Counted from the stretch's first letter, positions 1 to 11,620 are shown. The stretch is 64,000 bases of DNA from an uncultured delta proteobacterium (GCA_963785725.1 CAWAWS010000020.1:317278-381277), one strand, 5' to 3'. Made by a program: numbers and translations. Notes: generated from the letters alone by a model not told the origin.

Positions 1-212
1 TTCGAACGCGCTGATCGTCGCTCGCAACCTCTCGACGGGGAGACGTCGCGGCACGGCTTCGAGGTATCGGCAAATTTTCGTTTACCAGGCCGTTTGTCTG
101 ACAATCGCGATCGAAAACCGCGGTTGTTTCGATCGCTTGCGGACTTGTGATCAATGATGAGCCGACCAGAGACGCGACGGAATAGTCTCTCAGAGATTTT
201 GTTAGATCAGAG

Positions 213-491
213 TTGATGCGCCCTATCGTGGCTTACGTTCTATTCGCGATCTTCGCTCTTGTCGCTGCTGGAGCGCTCGCTGGCAATTGCGTTGTGATGA
301 TTCGTTGGTACGTGTATCGGAAACACGGTTCGATGATCCCAGCGGTCGGAGGCACGCTTATCACGGCTGGCGTGCTTCTGTATCCGGCGACGCGAGTGAG
401 GCAGTACGCGTGGATACCCTTTGTGATCGACCCCGGCTGTCTATACCTCCTTGCAATGACACTGTTCGGCGCGCTAAAGCCGAAGCATTAG
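213..491 (+). CDS. small hypothetical membrane protein
   Basis: 92-aa ORF with three hydrophobic segments in a lower-GC stretch next to IS remnants. Confidence 0.55.
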   Translation: MMRPIVAYVLFAIFALVAAGALAGNCVVMIRWYVYRKHGSMIPAVGGTLITAGVLLYPATRVRQYAWIPFVIDPGCLYLLAMTLFGALKPKH

Positions 492-525
492 CTGTTTCAT
501 CGTGGCCGGACGGCCGTCGACGCCG

Positions 526-1456
526 GTAAATGTCCGACTGAGACGTATTGACGAGCTACGAGGTGTCAGTCCAGCGGAGCGGCGGCGTCCAGTTGTGCGG
601 CAGCAGTTCGTCGATGCGCGAGGCGGGGTGAGTGTCGACGCGCATCAGCACGTCCTTGAGATAGGCGACTGGATCAAGATCGCGCGCTTCGCAGGTGGCG
701 ACCAGCGAATAGCGAGTGGCGAGATGATCGCCAGCCTCGACGTCACCGACAAAGAGGAAGTTCTTCCGACCAAGAGCCACCACTCGCAGCGCGGACTCGC
801 TGGCGTTGTTGTCGACGGGCACGTTCGCGTTTTCGAGGAAACACAAGAGGCGGTCCCACTGGTTGAGCGCGTAGCTGATCGCCTGACCGAGCGGTCCCTT
901 CGGTAGGTGTCTCGGCTGCTCCTCGACGAGCCACTGGTGCAGGCAGTCCATCGCTGCGCGCGAGCGTGTCCGCCGCATCGCAAGTGCTCCGGCGTGCGCA
1001 CGATCTTGAGCGCCTTGGCCTCGTGCTCGACGCGATAGACGTCGAGGATTAGTTCCAGCGCTCGGCGCGCCTCGACGGGCGCCGTCGGCAGGGCGTCGAA
1101 TATCTTTCGCCGCACGTGCGCCAGACATCCGGCACGATCGCGGCCGTCGACGTCGGTGACGCGGTTGTAACCAGTATAGCCGTCGATGACCAGCGTGCCC
1201 TTCGTCCCGCCGAGGATCTGCAGTGGCGTCTCGCCCGAGCGACTTCTCGGCGAAGCGATACGCGATCAGATCGCCGGCGAGGAAGGTCGCTTATTCGGCC
1301 GCTGCATCTTGAGCGACGTCTCGTCCGCCTGGACGGTCTCGCTCTGTGCAATGATCGCAAGCAGTCGCTTCCACAGTGGTTCCAGCTTCTCGGCGGCGGC
1401 ATGAAACAGGTCAGTCAGCGTCGAGCGCGCCATCGGGATGCCGAGCCGCTTCGACG
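526..1456 (-). mobile_element. tnpC: IS66-family element remnant: frameshifted, 5'-truncated TnpC transposase with probable right end
   Basis: Motifs ADET, DGYTGY, CLAHVRRK, AISYALNQW, DNNASE, GRKNFLF and YLKDVL spread over several frames; stop at 556; GTAAATGTCCG at 526 resembles an IS66 terminal repeat. Confidence 0.9.
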
Positions 1457-2172
1457 TTGTTCCAACTCGCAGCCGCCGCGCCGCGAGGGATTGCCCAGGC
1501 GTGCCGCCACTTCGGCATCTCGCGTAAGGCCTTCTACAAGTGGAAGAAGCGCCACGACGATCACGGCGACTCTGGGCTATGCGACCGCTCGCGCACCCCA
1601 TTGCGCTCTCCCAACGCCACGCCGCCGGAAGTCGTGAGCAAGATTCTCTACCCGCGGCAGAACTACCACTTCGGGCCGCGCAGGATTGCCGACTACCTGG
1701 CTCGCTTTCACAGCATCCCATTGCCGGCTCGTCGGTGCATCGCATCCTCCGCAAGCACGGCGTGAACCGGCTGCCGGCCAATCAGAAGCACCAGCAACAC
1801 GCCAAGCGCTGGCTGCGCTTCGAAAAGGCCCAGCCCGGTCATCGGCTTCAGCTGGACGTGAAGTTTCTCGAGCGCATCCCTGGTAAGCGCAAGCGGCTCT
1901 ACCAGTTCACCGCTATCGACGACTGCACGCGCATTCGCATCTTGAAGATTTACGACGCCTGCAATCAATCCACTGCTGTCAGATTCATAGACGAGGTCAT
2001 TCGTCGTTTGCCCTTCCGGATTCTCGTCGTGCAGACGGACAACGGCGCGGAGTTCCAGTCGAAGTTTCACTGGCACTTGGACGAGCTCGACATTCGCCAC
2101 GTCTACATCAAACCGCGAACGCCACGCCTCAACGGCAAGGTCGAACGCTCACACCGCGTCGACAATCAGGAG
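1457..2172 (+). mobile_element. IS481-family transposase fragment (frameshifted, both ends missing)
   Basis: HTH 'ACRHFGISRKAFYKWKKR', then rve core 'QLDVKF', 'TAIDDCTR', 'QTDNGAEF', 'NGKVERSHR'; similarity ends abruptly at ~2172. Confidence 0.85.
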
Positions 2173-2357
2173 GAATCCGACCGACGAGACGCGTTTCGCC
2201 GACCGGATTCGAAACGCATCGCCGCCGCCGCGCCCGGCCCTGAGCCGCCGACTCCGCCGCGTGGCCTAGATCACATCGCACAGGCGCTACGAATAGGTCG
2301 TTCGTCGTACTCGTCCGTACTACGGTGCTCACACGCCCGACCCCGAGGCCGAATACG

Positions 2358-5300
2358 ATGAAGACGCGCCCGTATTTACTCGCCCTGCTGCTGCTCGCCC
2401 CGCCTTCCCTGGCTTCCGCCAACGAGCTGCCGAGCGACCCCGAAGCGCTGTTCACGCAAGGACAATACGAGGCCGCGCTCGTCGGCTTCGCCGCCGCCAG
2501 CCTACGCGAGCACGACGACGCACCGTACATGCGCGGGCTGGTGGGCGCCGTGCGCTGCGAAATGCTGCTCGGTCGCCATCCCGACGCGTTCGAGCGCCTG
2601 CGTCGCGCGCGGCTGCCGGCGGACGTCGGAATGCGCGCCATCGTCGAGCTGCTGCGGCTGCAGCTGCTGTTCGAGCTGCAGCGCGGTGGCGGCATCAGCG
2701 ACGGTAACGCGCCACCCGTCCACGGCGACCCACCACTGGCGCGCGCCGACGCGACGCGCGAGGCGGACGCGGCGACGCTGCACCTATGGCGCGACCGAGT
2801 CGAGCTGGCGCGCGTGCCGATCGCCAAGCTGGGCGACCTGTTCAACGTCGAGCACGCCGACCTGACCCGGTTCCCGTCGCTGTGGGACTTCTTGGTCGAG
2901 CGCATGTCGATCTACCTGGTCGACCGCACGGCGGGCGGAACGATCGATTTGACCGCCGAGACGGTGCCGCGCGACTTCGAGCACATGCGCCCGTCGCGCG
3001 ATCGGCTGGCGGCGCTCTTCGAAGAGAGCGGCAACCTCGACGGCGGCGACGTCGATCGCAAGAGCGCCGCCGAGCGCTGGCGCATCGACCGCGTGCTCCT
3101 CGACGAGAACCACGCGTCGACGGACGACGGCACGGCGTGGCGCGCGCGCGCCATCGCACGCTTGAGCGGCTGGGCGCGCACCATGACCACCCCGGCGGCG
3201 CGCGCCGAGGCGGCACTGCAAGCGGCCACGTTCTTGCGCTACAAAGACCAGGATGACGGCAAGCTCAATGCGCTGGCGCTGATCGACGCCGCGCTGAAGG
3301 ATTCGCCGAGCGGCCGCGTGGCCACGACCTTGCGCCAGCTGGCGGCGGAGCTGGGCCAGCGCGAGCTGTCGGCCTGGACGTGGGTCACGCGCGACGGCAA
3401 AGGCGCGCTGCACGTGAGCGCGCGCAACGTGAAGACGATTTATCTGCGGCTCTATCGACTCGACCCGACGAGCCAGCTGCAAGAGGAATTGGGTCGCCCC
3501 GCCGCCAATCCCCAGGTGCCGGCCAAGCGCATCGAAGGCTGGATGAAGACGCTGCCGAAAGTGGCCGAGTGGAGCGTGCCGACGGGCGATCGGGGCACGC
3601 ACGCCTCGATGGACCGCAATCTCGACGTGCGCGTGCCCGGCGTCGGCTTCTACCTGCTGCTCGTCTCGACCGAGCACGACTTTCCCGTCGGGCGCGCGAC
3701 CGTCCTCGCCGATTTCCTGCAGGTGAACGACATCGCGGTGGCGCGGGTGCGCGTGGGCGAGACCGTGCGCCACTACGCGTTCGATGCCGAGCGGCACGCG
3801 CCGGCCGCGGAGATGCCCTTTCGCCTGCAGCTGTTTCCGCACCGCTCGCTGACGCTGGCGACGCAGGAGCGCCTGCTCACCAATTCCGACGGCGTGGTCG
3901 ATTGGACCTATCCCGTCGGCCAGGACGATAGCGTCGAGACCATGGCGCAGCACGGCTACAGCTTCGGCATCTTCGAGAGCACGAGCGCCGCGCATCGCGT
4001 GAGCTATCCGCAGCCGGCGCCGGCGCCGCCGTTGGTGCTGCTGGTGGCAACCGATCGGCCCCTGTATCGGCTGCGTGACAAGATTCGCGTGCACGTGACG
4101 GCGCTCGTGCGCGCCGTCGACGGCGGCTACGACTTCGCGCACGACCAGGCCGTCGATCTCGACCTGCGCGAGCCGAGCCGCGGCGCCATCGTCGCCAGTG
4201 CCAAGATCGTCATGGGCGCGCTCGGCTCGGCGACGGCGGAGCTGACGCTGCCGGCCGACTCGGTCGCGGGCAACTACTCGCTGATGGCGAGCGATCCCGC
4301 GCCGTCGTCGGGGATCTACAAGATGCTCCAGCTGCGCGTCGAAGATCAGGAGCCGGGGCTCGACGTGCAGCTCGATCCGCCGCCGGTGGGCGCGCATTAC
4401 GGCGACAAGGTGCGCATCCAAGGGCACGTCAAGGACGCGGCCGGCAAGCCGGCCGCGCACGTGCCGCTTACCTTCACGGTCGTGGGCGAGCGTTGGGCGC
4501 CGCCAAACAGCGCGCCTCCGGCGGCGGGATGGCGAGTGTCCGACCTGGCGAAGAAGGAGCTGACGCACGGTCAGCTGGAGAGCGACGGCGAAGGCGCCTT
4601 CGTCATCGAGCTCACCGCCGCGTCGGCCGACCCGGTCGTGCACTTGGGCGTGCCGCCGGGCAGCGAGCCGCCCGACGTGAGCCGCCTGACCGTCGACGTC
4701 AACGCGCGCGACGCGGGCGGGCATCGGGTCGGCCGCCGCTGCGAGCTGTCGGTCGGCCAGCAGCCGCTGTTGCTGTCGGCCGAGGGCGCGGGCGGCTTCT
4801 TCATGTCGAACGAGCGGCCGCAGCTGCGCGTGTCGGCGACGCGCTTCGATGAGCAGCCGCTGGCGACGACGGTGCGCTGGACGGTCGAGCGGCTGGGCGC
4901 ACCCGACGGCAAGGCGGACCCGATTCATCGTCATCCACTGGCGGTGGAGCTGGCGCGCTATCCGGCGCTGCGCGAAGTGGCGCATGGCACGCTCGCGACC
5001 ATCGAGCACGAGGCGACCGAGCTGCAGCTGCCGGCGACCTTGCCGGCGGGCATCTATCGGCTGCGGCTCGACGGTGACGGTGGCAGCCGGGGTACCTTCC
5101 CGCTCCTGGTCGTCGACGCGCGCACGCAAACCCTGCCGGGCGTGTTGCCGCCGCTGGCGCTGGCGCGACGCGACGTCTATCGCCCGGGCGAGACGGCCGA
5201 GCTGCTCGTCGGTGGCGGCGACGCCGCGGGGACCTATCAGCTCGAGGTGTGGCGCGACGGCCGGCGGCTATCGAGTCAGCTGCATCGTGGCGCGCCGCTG

Positions 5301-6119
5301 CGCATCGTGCGCCTGCCGGTCGACGACCAGATCGGCGAGCTGACGATTCGCTGGATCGGCGTCGCCGGCGCGTCAGTCGTGAGCAGCGACGTGACGCTGA
5401 CGGTGCGGCGGCCCAATCCGTCGCTCGTCATCAAGCTGCAGAAGCCGCCGACGCTGACGCCGGGCCGAACCGCGAGCCTCGCGCTGGAGGTGCGCGACGC
5501 GCGCGGCAAGCTCGTCGATGGCGAGGCGCTGGTGAGCGTGTTCGACGACGAGCTGACGCCGCGCGCGCCGGCCATGAGCGAGTGGCGCCTGCCTCCGAAC
5601 CCGGCCGCGGAGAAGTTGCCGCGCCTCGATGTGAGTAAACCGATGTGGACCGCGATCTACCTGCACAACGACCGCGTGCAGGCGAGCGTGCCGCGCGCGG
5701 CGGCGCCGCCGCCTAACGGGGTGACCACGGCGTGGATCATGCCGCGCTTCGCGTGGGAGCGGCCGGTGCTCACCTACGGCTACGGCGCCATCGCGCCAGG
5801 GAGTGCGGTGCCGAATGCACGCGTGCCCGAGCCGCATTGGAAGAGTCCCCACAAGGGCACGAGCCCCAACAAGGCCGACGACGAGCGCGCGCCGGAGCCG
5901 GCGATCGAGCCACCGATGTTTGCGAGCGGCCGGCTCGGTCCGATGCCGGCGACGCAGCTGGAGACGGTGGCGTGGCTGCCGGCAGTGGCGCTGCAGTCGG
6001 GGCGAGCCACCGTCGAGCTGCGCCTGCCGGAGCGGCCGGCGCACTGGCGCGTGCGCGTGCTCGCACTGGGACGCGACGGCACCGTCGGCAGCATCGACGA
6101 CGAGCTGATCGCGCGCTGA
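2358..6119 (+). CDS. secreted alpha-2-macroglobulin-family (MG-domain) protein lacking the thioester half
   Basis: Signal peptide MKTRPYLLALLLLA; MG motifs 'TDRPLYR', 'YRPGETAEL', 'L.PG.TASL.LEVRDARGK' and 'ETVAWLP...LRLPERPAHWRV'; no CxEQ. Confidence 0.75.
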   Translation: MKTRPYLLALLLLAPPSLASANELPSDPEALFTQGQYEAALVGFAAASLREHDDAPYMRGLVGAVRCEMLLGRHPDAFERLRRARLPADVGMRAIVELLRLQLLFELQRGGGISDGNAPPVHGDPPLARADATREADAATLHLWRDRVELARVPIAKLGDLFNVEHADLTRFPSLWDFLVERMSIYLVDRTAGGTIDLTAETVPRDFEHMRPSRDRLAALFEESGNLDGGDVDRKSAAERWRIDRVLLDENHASTDDGTAWRARAIARLSGWARTMTTPAARAEAALQAATFLRYKDQDDGKLNALALIDAALKDSPSGRVATTLRQLAAELGQRELSAWTWVTRDGKGALHVSARNVKTIYLRLYRLDPTSQLQEELGRPAANPQVPAKRIEGWMKTLPKVAEWSVPTGDRGTHASMDRNLDVRVPGVGFYLLLVSTEHDFPVGRATVLADFLQVNDIAVARVRVGETVRHYAFDAERHAPAAEMPFRLQLFPHRSLTLATQERLLTNSDGVVDWTYPVGQDDSVETMAQHGYSFGIFESTSAAHRVSYPQPAPAPPLVLLVATDRPLYRLRDKIRVHVTALVRAVDGGYDFAHDQAVDLDLREPSRGAIVASAKIVMGALGSATAELTLPADSVAGNYSLMASDPAPSSGIYKMLQLRVEDQEPGLDVQLDPPPVGAHYGDKVRIQGHVKDAAGKPAAHVPLTFTVVGERWAPPNSAPPAAGWRVSDLAKKELTHGQLESDGEGAFVIELTAASADPVVHLGVPPGSEPPDVSRLTVDVNARDAGGHRVGRRCELSVGQQPLLLSAEGAGGFFMSNERPQLRVSATRFDEQPLATTVRWTVERLGAPDGKADPIHRHPLAVELARYPALREVAHGTLATIEHEATELQLPATLPAGIYRLRLDGDGGSRGTFPLLVVDARTQTLPGVLPPLALARRDVYRPGETAELLVGGGDAAGTYQLEVWRDGRRLSSQLHRGAPLRIVRLPVDDQIGELTIRWIGVAGASVVSSDVTLTVRRPNPSLVIKLQKPPTLTPGRTASLALEVRDARGKLVDGEALVSVFDDELTPRAPAMSEWRLPPNPAAEKLPRLDVSKPMWTAIYLHNDRVQASVPRAAAPPPNGVTTAWIMPRFAWERPVLTYGYGAIAPGSAVPNARVPEPHWKSPHKGTSPNKADDERAPEPAIEPPMFASGRLGPMPATQLETVAWLPAVALQSGRATVELRLPERPAHWRVRVLALGRDGTVGSIDDELIAR

Positions 6120-6611
6120 GCGCTGCGGCGCGGTTCGGGAGGTGACCGCGACGGCGACGAAGACCGCTTGCGACCTCGGCGGTCTCGTCGCCGCCGGCTA
6201 CTTCTTGGGCTGCTTAGAGCTCGAGAATCGTTCAGCGACTCTGCTGCTCCAGCTTAAGCCACGGATAATTTCGGGGAGCTGGCGACTGAGGCGTCTTCTT
6301 CGCCGGCGACCAAGTCACCTGGTGATCCTCGACAAACGCGCAGTCGGCGACGGTCCGATCGTGACACGCCGATCGGTCAGCATTTGCGAACGGCTGCTTG
6401 CCTGCTCAAGGAACCAACGGGAGAAGGACATCACGATGGACGAGGTCTTGTCCGGGAGCGCCGCGTAGGCCCGATAGGCCTGTCGTACGTCATCGAACCT
6501 CGGATCGTGTCCTCCGGCGAGCTCCCGGGGGCGTGCGTGGGTGCGGCGCGCGCGCGCCCGCAATAAACCTTCGATCGGCGTGCCGACTCCACGATGGCCG
6601 ATTCCGACGGA

Positions 6612-6652
6612 GCGAGCTCGGTCGCGCGCACCGCGCGCCCGACCGAGCTCGC
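6612..6652. repeat. GC-rich inverted repeat (hairpin)
   Basis: GCGAGCTCGGTCG ... CGACCGAGCTCGC, 13-bp perfect stem in an intergenic region. Confidence 0.6.
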
Positions 6653-6856
6653 CAAGCCGTAAAACCGCAGCCCACCCATTCGCATCATTAGATCCGCCCG
6701 CCGTTCCGGCCGCCACGCCCCGCGCAGCCGCTGCACCATCGGCCCCGCCAGCGGCCCGAATTCCGCGCGGCGCCGATCTTTACATTCGCGTCCCTCATGC
6801 CGCGGCCCTGCCTTCCGATTGGATCGTCACCGGCACCGATTGCCGCTCGAGGATCC

Positions 6857-9800
6857 ATGCGCCGCATCGTCGTCCCCACCCTTGCCCTGCTCGCGTTCGG
6901 CTGCACGACGCCGAAGAAAACAGGGACGCAGCCCACCCCGCCCAAGGTGGTCAAGGTCGCCATCGGCGGCAGCGTCAGCGGGCTCAGCGGTCACGGGCTC
7001 GTCCTCCAGAACGGCGGCGGCGACGACCTGACCATCGCCGGCAACGGCAACTTCACGTTCGCGACCACCGTCGCCGCCGGCACGAATTACGCGGTGACCG
7101 TGTCACAGCAGCCGTCGGCGCCGACCCAGCAGTGCGTCGTCGGCGCCGGCAGCGGCACGGCGTCGCACGCCGTCACCGACATCACCGTCACGTGCACGAC
7201 GAGCGCCTACCACGTCGGCGGCTCGATCGTCGGCCTACTCGGCTCGGGCCTCGTCCTGCAAGACAACGGCGGCGACGACCTGAGCGTCGGTAGCACCGGC
7301 GCCTTCCAGTTCGCCACGCGCCGTCGCCAGCGCCAAATCCTACAGCGTCAGCATCACGCAGCAGCCGACGAACCCGCTGCAGCAGTGCAGCGTCAGCGGC
7401 GGCTCGGGCATCATCGGCGGCGGCAACGTCACCAGCGTCGTCGTCAATTGTACGGGCGACAGCTACACCATCGGCGGCACCGTCAGCGGTCTCGCCGGCT
7501 CCGGCCTCGTCCTGCAAGACAACGGCGGCGACGACGTCGCGCTCACGGCCAACGGCAGCTTCGCCTTCGCGACGCCGCTCGCCAACGGCAAGCCGTTCGC
7601 CGTCACCGTCAAGACGCAGCCGTCGACGCCGCAGCAGACCTGCACCGTCACGCAAGGCGCCGGCACCGTCGACTCGGCCAACGTCAGCAACGTCGCCGTC
7701 AGCTGCGTCACCGCGCGCTACACCGTCAGCGGCAGCGTCAGCGGCCTCGCCGGCTCCGGCCTCGTCCTGCAGGACAACTTGGGCGACAACCTGCCGGTCA
7801 GCGCCGACGGCAGCTTCACCTTCGCCACGTCCGTCGCCAGCGGCAGCACCTACGGCGTCACCGTGTTGGCGCAGCCGACGTCGCCGACGCAAACGTGCAG
7901 CGTGACCCACGGCGCCGGCACCATCGCCACGAGCAACGTCAGCGACGTCGCCGTCAGCTGCACCGTCGACAGCTTCAAGGTCGGCGGCACCGTCGTCGGC
8001 GTCGCCGGCGCCGGCCTCGTGCTGCAAGACAACGGCACCGACGATCTCCCCATCAGCGGCGACGGCAAATTCACCTTCGCCATCGCGCTCGCCAGCGGCT
8101 CGACCTTCGCCGTCACGGTCAAGACGCAGCCCGCTTCGCCCGCGCAAGTGTGCGTCGTCTCCGGCGACACGGGCACGATCGGCGGCGGCGACGTCGGCAG
8201 CGTCACCGTCAACTGCACGACCAATCGCTACGTCGTCGGCGGCACCGTCAGCGGTCTCGCCGGCAGCGGCATGGCCATCGCGCTCAACGGCGGCGACTCG
8301 CTCGTCGTCACCGCCAACGGCAGCTTCGCGTTCCCCGACACCGTCGCCGACGGCGCGACCTACGGCGTCACCGTCGTCGCGCAGCCGACGTCGCCCGGCC
8401 AGACCTGCACCATCACCAACGACAGCGGCACCATCGCCACCGCCGACGTCAGCAACGTCGCCATCAGCTGCACCAACAACCCGTCGCACGTCGGCGGCAC
8501 CGTCAGCGGCCTCGTCGGCTCGGGCCTCGTCCTCGAGAACGAGCTCGGCGACGACCTCGCCATCGGCGGCAACGGCAGCTTCACCTTCGCCACCGCCGTC
8601 GCCTCCGGCCAGCCCTACTCGGTCACCGTCGCCACGCAGCCGTCGTCGCCGACGCAGACCTGCGTCGTCGGCAACGCCGCCGGCAACGTCACGTCGGGCT
8701 ACGACATCTCCAACGTCACCGTCACCTGCTCGACGAACCGCTACGCCATCGCCGGCGCCATCACCGGCCTTTCCGGCACCGTCGTCCTCACCGACAACGG
8801 CGGCGACACGCTGATCCTGAGCGGCGCCACCAGCTTCGTGTTCCCGACCAGCATCGCGAGCGGCGGCGCCTACGCCGTCGCCGTCGCCACGCAGCCGTCG
8901 ACGCCCGATCAGACCTGCACCGTCAGCAACGACGCCTCGGGCATCGTCGGCGCGAGCGACGTCAACGACATCGTCGTCAGCTGCGTCACCAACAGCTATC
9001 CCATCAAGGTCACCGTCAACGGCCAGGACGGCCCCGGCCTCGTCCTCGAGAACAACGGCGGCGACGACCTCGCCATCGACGCCAGCGGCAGCTACGCCTT
9101 CGCCACGTCGGTCGCGAGCGGCGGCGCTTACGCCGTCACCATCATCGCGCAGCCGGCCGCGCCCTGCACGCTCTCGGCGAACGCCAGCGGCACCGTCGGC
9201 AGCGGCCCCGTCTCGGTCACCGTCAACTGCTCGACGAGCTCGTGGGTCGTCGGCGGCACCGTCAGCGGCCTCGCCGGCGCCGGCCTCGTCCTGCAAGACA
9301 ACGGCGGCGACAATCTCGCCGTCAACGCCAACGGCAGCTTCGCCTTCGCCACCACCGTCGACGACGGCAGCGGCTACAACGTCACCGTCAAGACGCAGCC
9401 GACGAACGCCTGGCAGACCTGCACCGTCACGTCCGGCAGCGGCACCGTCAGCGGCGGCGACGTCACCAGCGTCAGCGTCACCTGCGTCTCGACTCCGTAC
9501 AACGTCGCCGTCACCGTCAGCGGTCTGGCCGGCTCGGGCCTCGTCCTCGAAGACAACAGCGGCGACGACCTCGCCGTCAGCGCCGACGGCACCTACAGCT
9601 TCGCCACGCCCGTCGCCAGCGGCAGCGCCTACTCGGTCACCGTGCTCGACCAGCCGACGTCGCCCTGGCAGACCTGCGTCGTCCAGTCGGGCAGCGGCCT
9701 CATCGCCAACGGCGCCGTCACCATCAACGTCACCTGCACCGTCGACATGCACACCGTCGGCGGCACGGTCGTCGCGCTCGAGAACAGCGGCCTCGTCCTG

Positions 9801-10566
9801 CAGGACAACAGCGGCAACGACCTGTCAATCGCCGCCAACGGCAGCTTCGTCTTCACCAGCGCCTTGCCGAGCGGCAGCGCCTACTTCGTCACCATCGCCA
9901 CGCAGCCCGTCGGCCAGTACTGCCTCGTGCGCTTCGGCAGCGGCACCATCACCGGCAGCGACGTCGGCAGCGTCATCGTCACCTGCGCGCACCTGACCAA
10001 CGGCAGCTTCGAGACCGGCGACTACAGCGCCTGGACGCTCTCGGTCGTCGACGCCTGCCCCGGCTGCTACGACTCCGGCACGTGGGGCGTGCTCGCGAGC
10101 GGCACCACGCTCAACTACAACGACTACGTCTACGATTACTTCACGCAGGCGCCGATCCAGGAGGAGTCTGTGAACATGCCCGAGTCGTTCACCGCCAGCG
10201 ACGGCAACTTCGTCGCCGTCGGGCTCGAGAACGGCCCCGCCGATCACCGCATCTACCAGGACGTCATCGTGCCTTTGACGGCGACGAACCTGAGCTGGGA
10301 GATGATGTACAACAACTCATTCGCAGGGCGCGTTCGATCCCGACAATCAGTACATCGCGCTCAACCTGCGCGACGTCGACACCGACGCCATCATCGCCAC
10401 GCTCTACAAGACCACCGAAGGATTGTGCCCCGAGGTCCTCGGCTCGATGACCACCTTCAGCGAGGACATCACGGCCTATCGCGGCCGCCTCGTGCGCATC
10501 GACTTCGAAATCCAGGCGCAGTTCGGCTTCTTGGACACCGGCGTCGATAACTTCCGCTTCGAGTAG
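6857..10566 (+). CDS. large surface lipoprotein with 12 tandem ~85-aa beta-rich repeats and a C-terminal CBM-like domain (two apparent frameshifts, ~7320 and ~10330)
   Basis: Lipobox LAFGC; repeat consensus 'GGTVSGLAGSGLVLQDNGGDDL...GSFxFAT...YxVTVxxQP...QTCxV...VxVxC'; C-terminal 'NGSFETGDYSAW...DNFRFE*'. Confidence 0.8.
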
Positions 10567-10573
10567 CCACGCA

Positions 10574-10612
10574 GCGAAACGAGGTCGGCCCAGCTCGGCG
10601 GCCTCGTTTCGC
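10574..10612. terminator. stem-loop downstream of the repeat lipoprotein
   Basis: GCGAAACGAGG ... CCTCGTTTCGC, 7 nt after the stop codon; no U-tract. Confidence 0.45.
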
Positions 10613-10887
10613 CACCCTCCTCGCGCTTCACTTCACGACCTTCTCCGCTACCTCCGCCTCAGATTTCGTCGGTCTCGCGCACCGTCGTCGCCCGCGACAG
10701 GCGAAGACGGAACGCCGCAACGATATCGGCCACGCAACCACGTCAGCGACAGCGCGCGACGAAGCTGCGTCACCGAGCGGCGCTAATCGTAAACTCCAGA
10801 TTTTGGATTTTGACTTGGGGATTACTGCGCCGACCGTTCAGACGATCGGCTGGGGACTACACGAGCTGCTGTGGCGCTGGGGCTTGG

Positions 10888-11238
10888 TTAGTAGCGACCG
10901 CCGCGGTCTCCACCGCGACCGCCACCACCGCCACGACCACCGCCGCCACCGCCGCGGCCACCACCGCCGCCGCCGCCACCGGTGCGCTCCTGCGCCTCGT
11001 TGACCTTGAGCGAGCGACCGTCGAGCTGCTGGCCATTCCAGGCTTCCATCGCCGCCTGCGCGTCGGCCGGGCTGCCCATCTCGACGAAGGCGAAGCCGCG
11101 GGGTTGACCGGTGTCGCGGTCGGTCACGATTTTGACCTCCACGACTTTGCCGCCGCCCTGCTCGAAAGCCTGGCGCAGCGTGTCTTCCGACGTGTGGAAC
11201 GAAATGTTACCGACGTACAAGCGGGTTCCGTTTGCCAT
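10888..11238 (-). CDS. RRM-domain RNA-binding protein with Gly/Arg-rich tail
   Basis: RNP2 'LYVGNI', RNP1 'RGFAFVEM', 'LKVNEA', GGGGRGG tail. Confidence 0.95.
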   Translation of the reverse strand: MANGTRLYVGNISFHTSEDTLRQAFEQGGGKVVEVKIVTDRDTGQPRGFAFVEMGSPADAQAAMEAWNGQQLDGRSLKVNEAQERTGGGGGGGGRGGGGGGRGGGGGRGGDRGGRY

Positions 11239-11298
11239 GGTATCCTCACTAACAACGTGGCCTAGGCCCCTTTGCAACTTTGTAAAGGGGCCTCGTAG

Positions 11299-11517
11299 CT
11301 ATTTATCGCGATAGGTAATGAGTCCACGGCCCGGATCGTAAGGGGACACGGCCACAGTGACGCGATCGCCCAGTACGACGCGAATGCGGTTACGACGCAT
11401 TCTGCCGGCCAAGTGCGCCAGCACCGAGTGACCGCCTTCGACGTCGATGCGGAAGTTACCGCCGACGAGGATTTCGACCACTTTGCCTTCCATCTCGACT
11501 AGATCATCGCGCGACAT
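11299..11517 (-). CDS. infA: translation initiation factor IF-1
   Basis: 72 aa; 'AHLAGRMRRNRIRVVLGDRVTVAVSPYD..RGLITYR'. Confidence 0.95.
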   Translation of the reverse strand: MSRDDLVEMEGKVVEILVGGNFRIDVEGGHSVLAHLAGRMRRNRIRVVLGDRVTVAVSPYDPGRGLITYRDK

Positions 11518-11546
11518 TCAATCCATCCCGACTCGCACTCGACACC

Positions 11547-11580
11547 CGCCGCCGGTAGGCTTTGAAACCCACCGGCGACG
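11547..11580 (-). terminator. hairpin between cspA and infA
   Basis: CGCCGCCGGT...ACCGGCGACG imperfect stem. Confidence 0.4.
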
Positions 11581-11620
11581 AGCTCGACTGCTTCATTACA
11601 GCAGAAAAAACCGAAACTTG

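Noticed and set aside
6120..6850. Possible gene or ncRNA between the A2M-like gene and the lipoprotein
   Set aside because: Only hairpins (~6148-6197, 6612-6652) and weak ORFs; no recognisable family.
6950..9990. Periodic ~255-bp repeats as a CRISPR or non-coding array
   Set aside because: Repeats are in-frame protein domains with synonymous variation; no constant repeat/unique spacer pattern and no cas genes.
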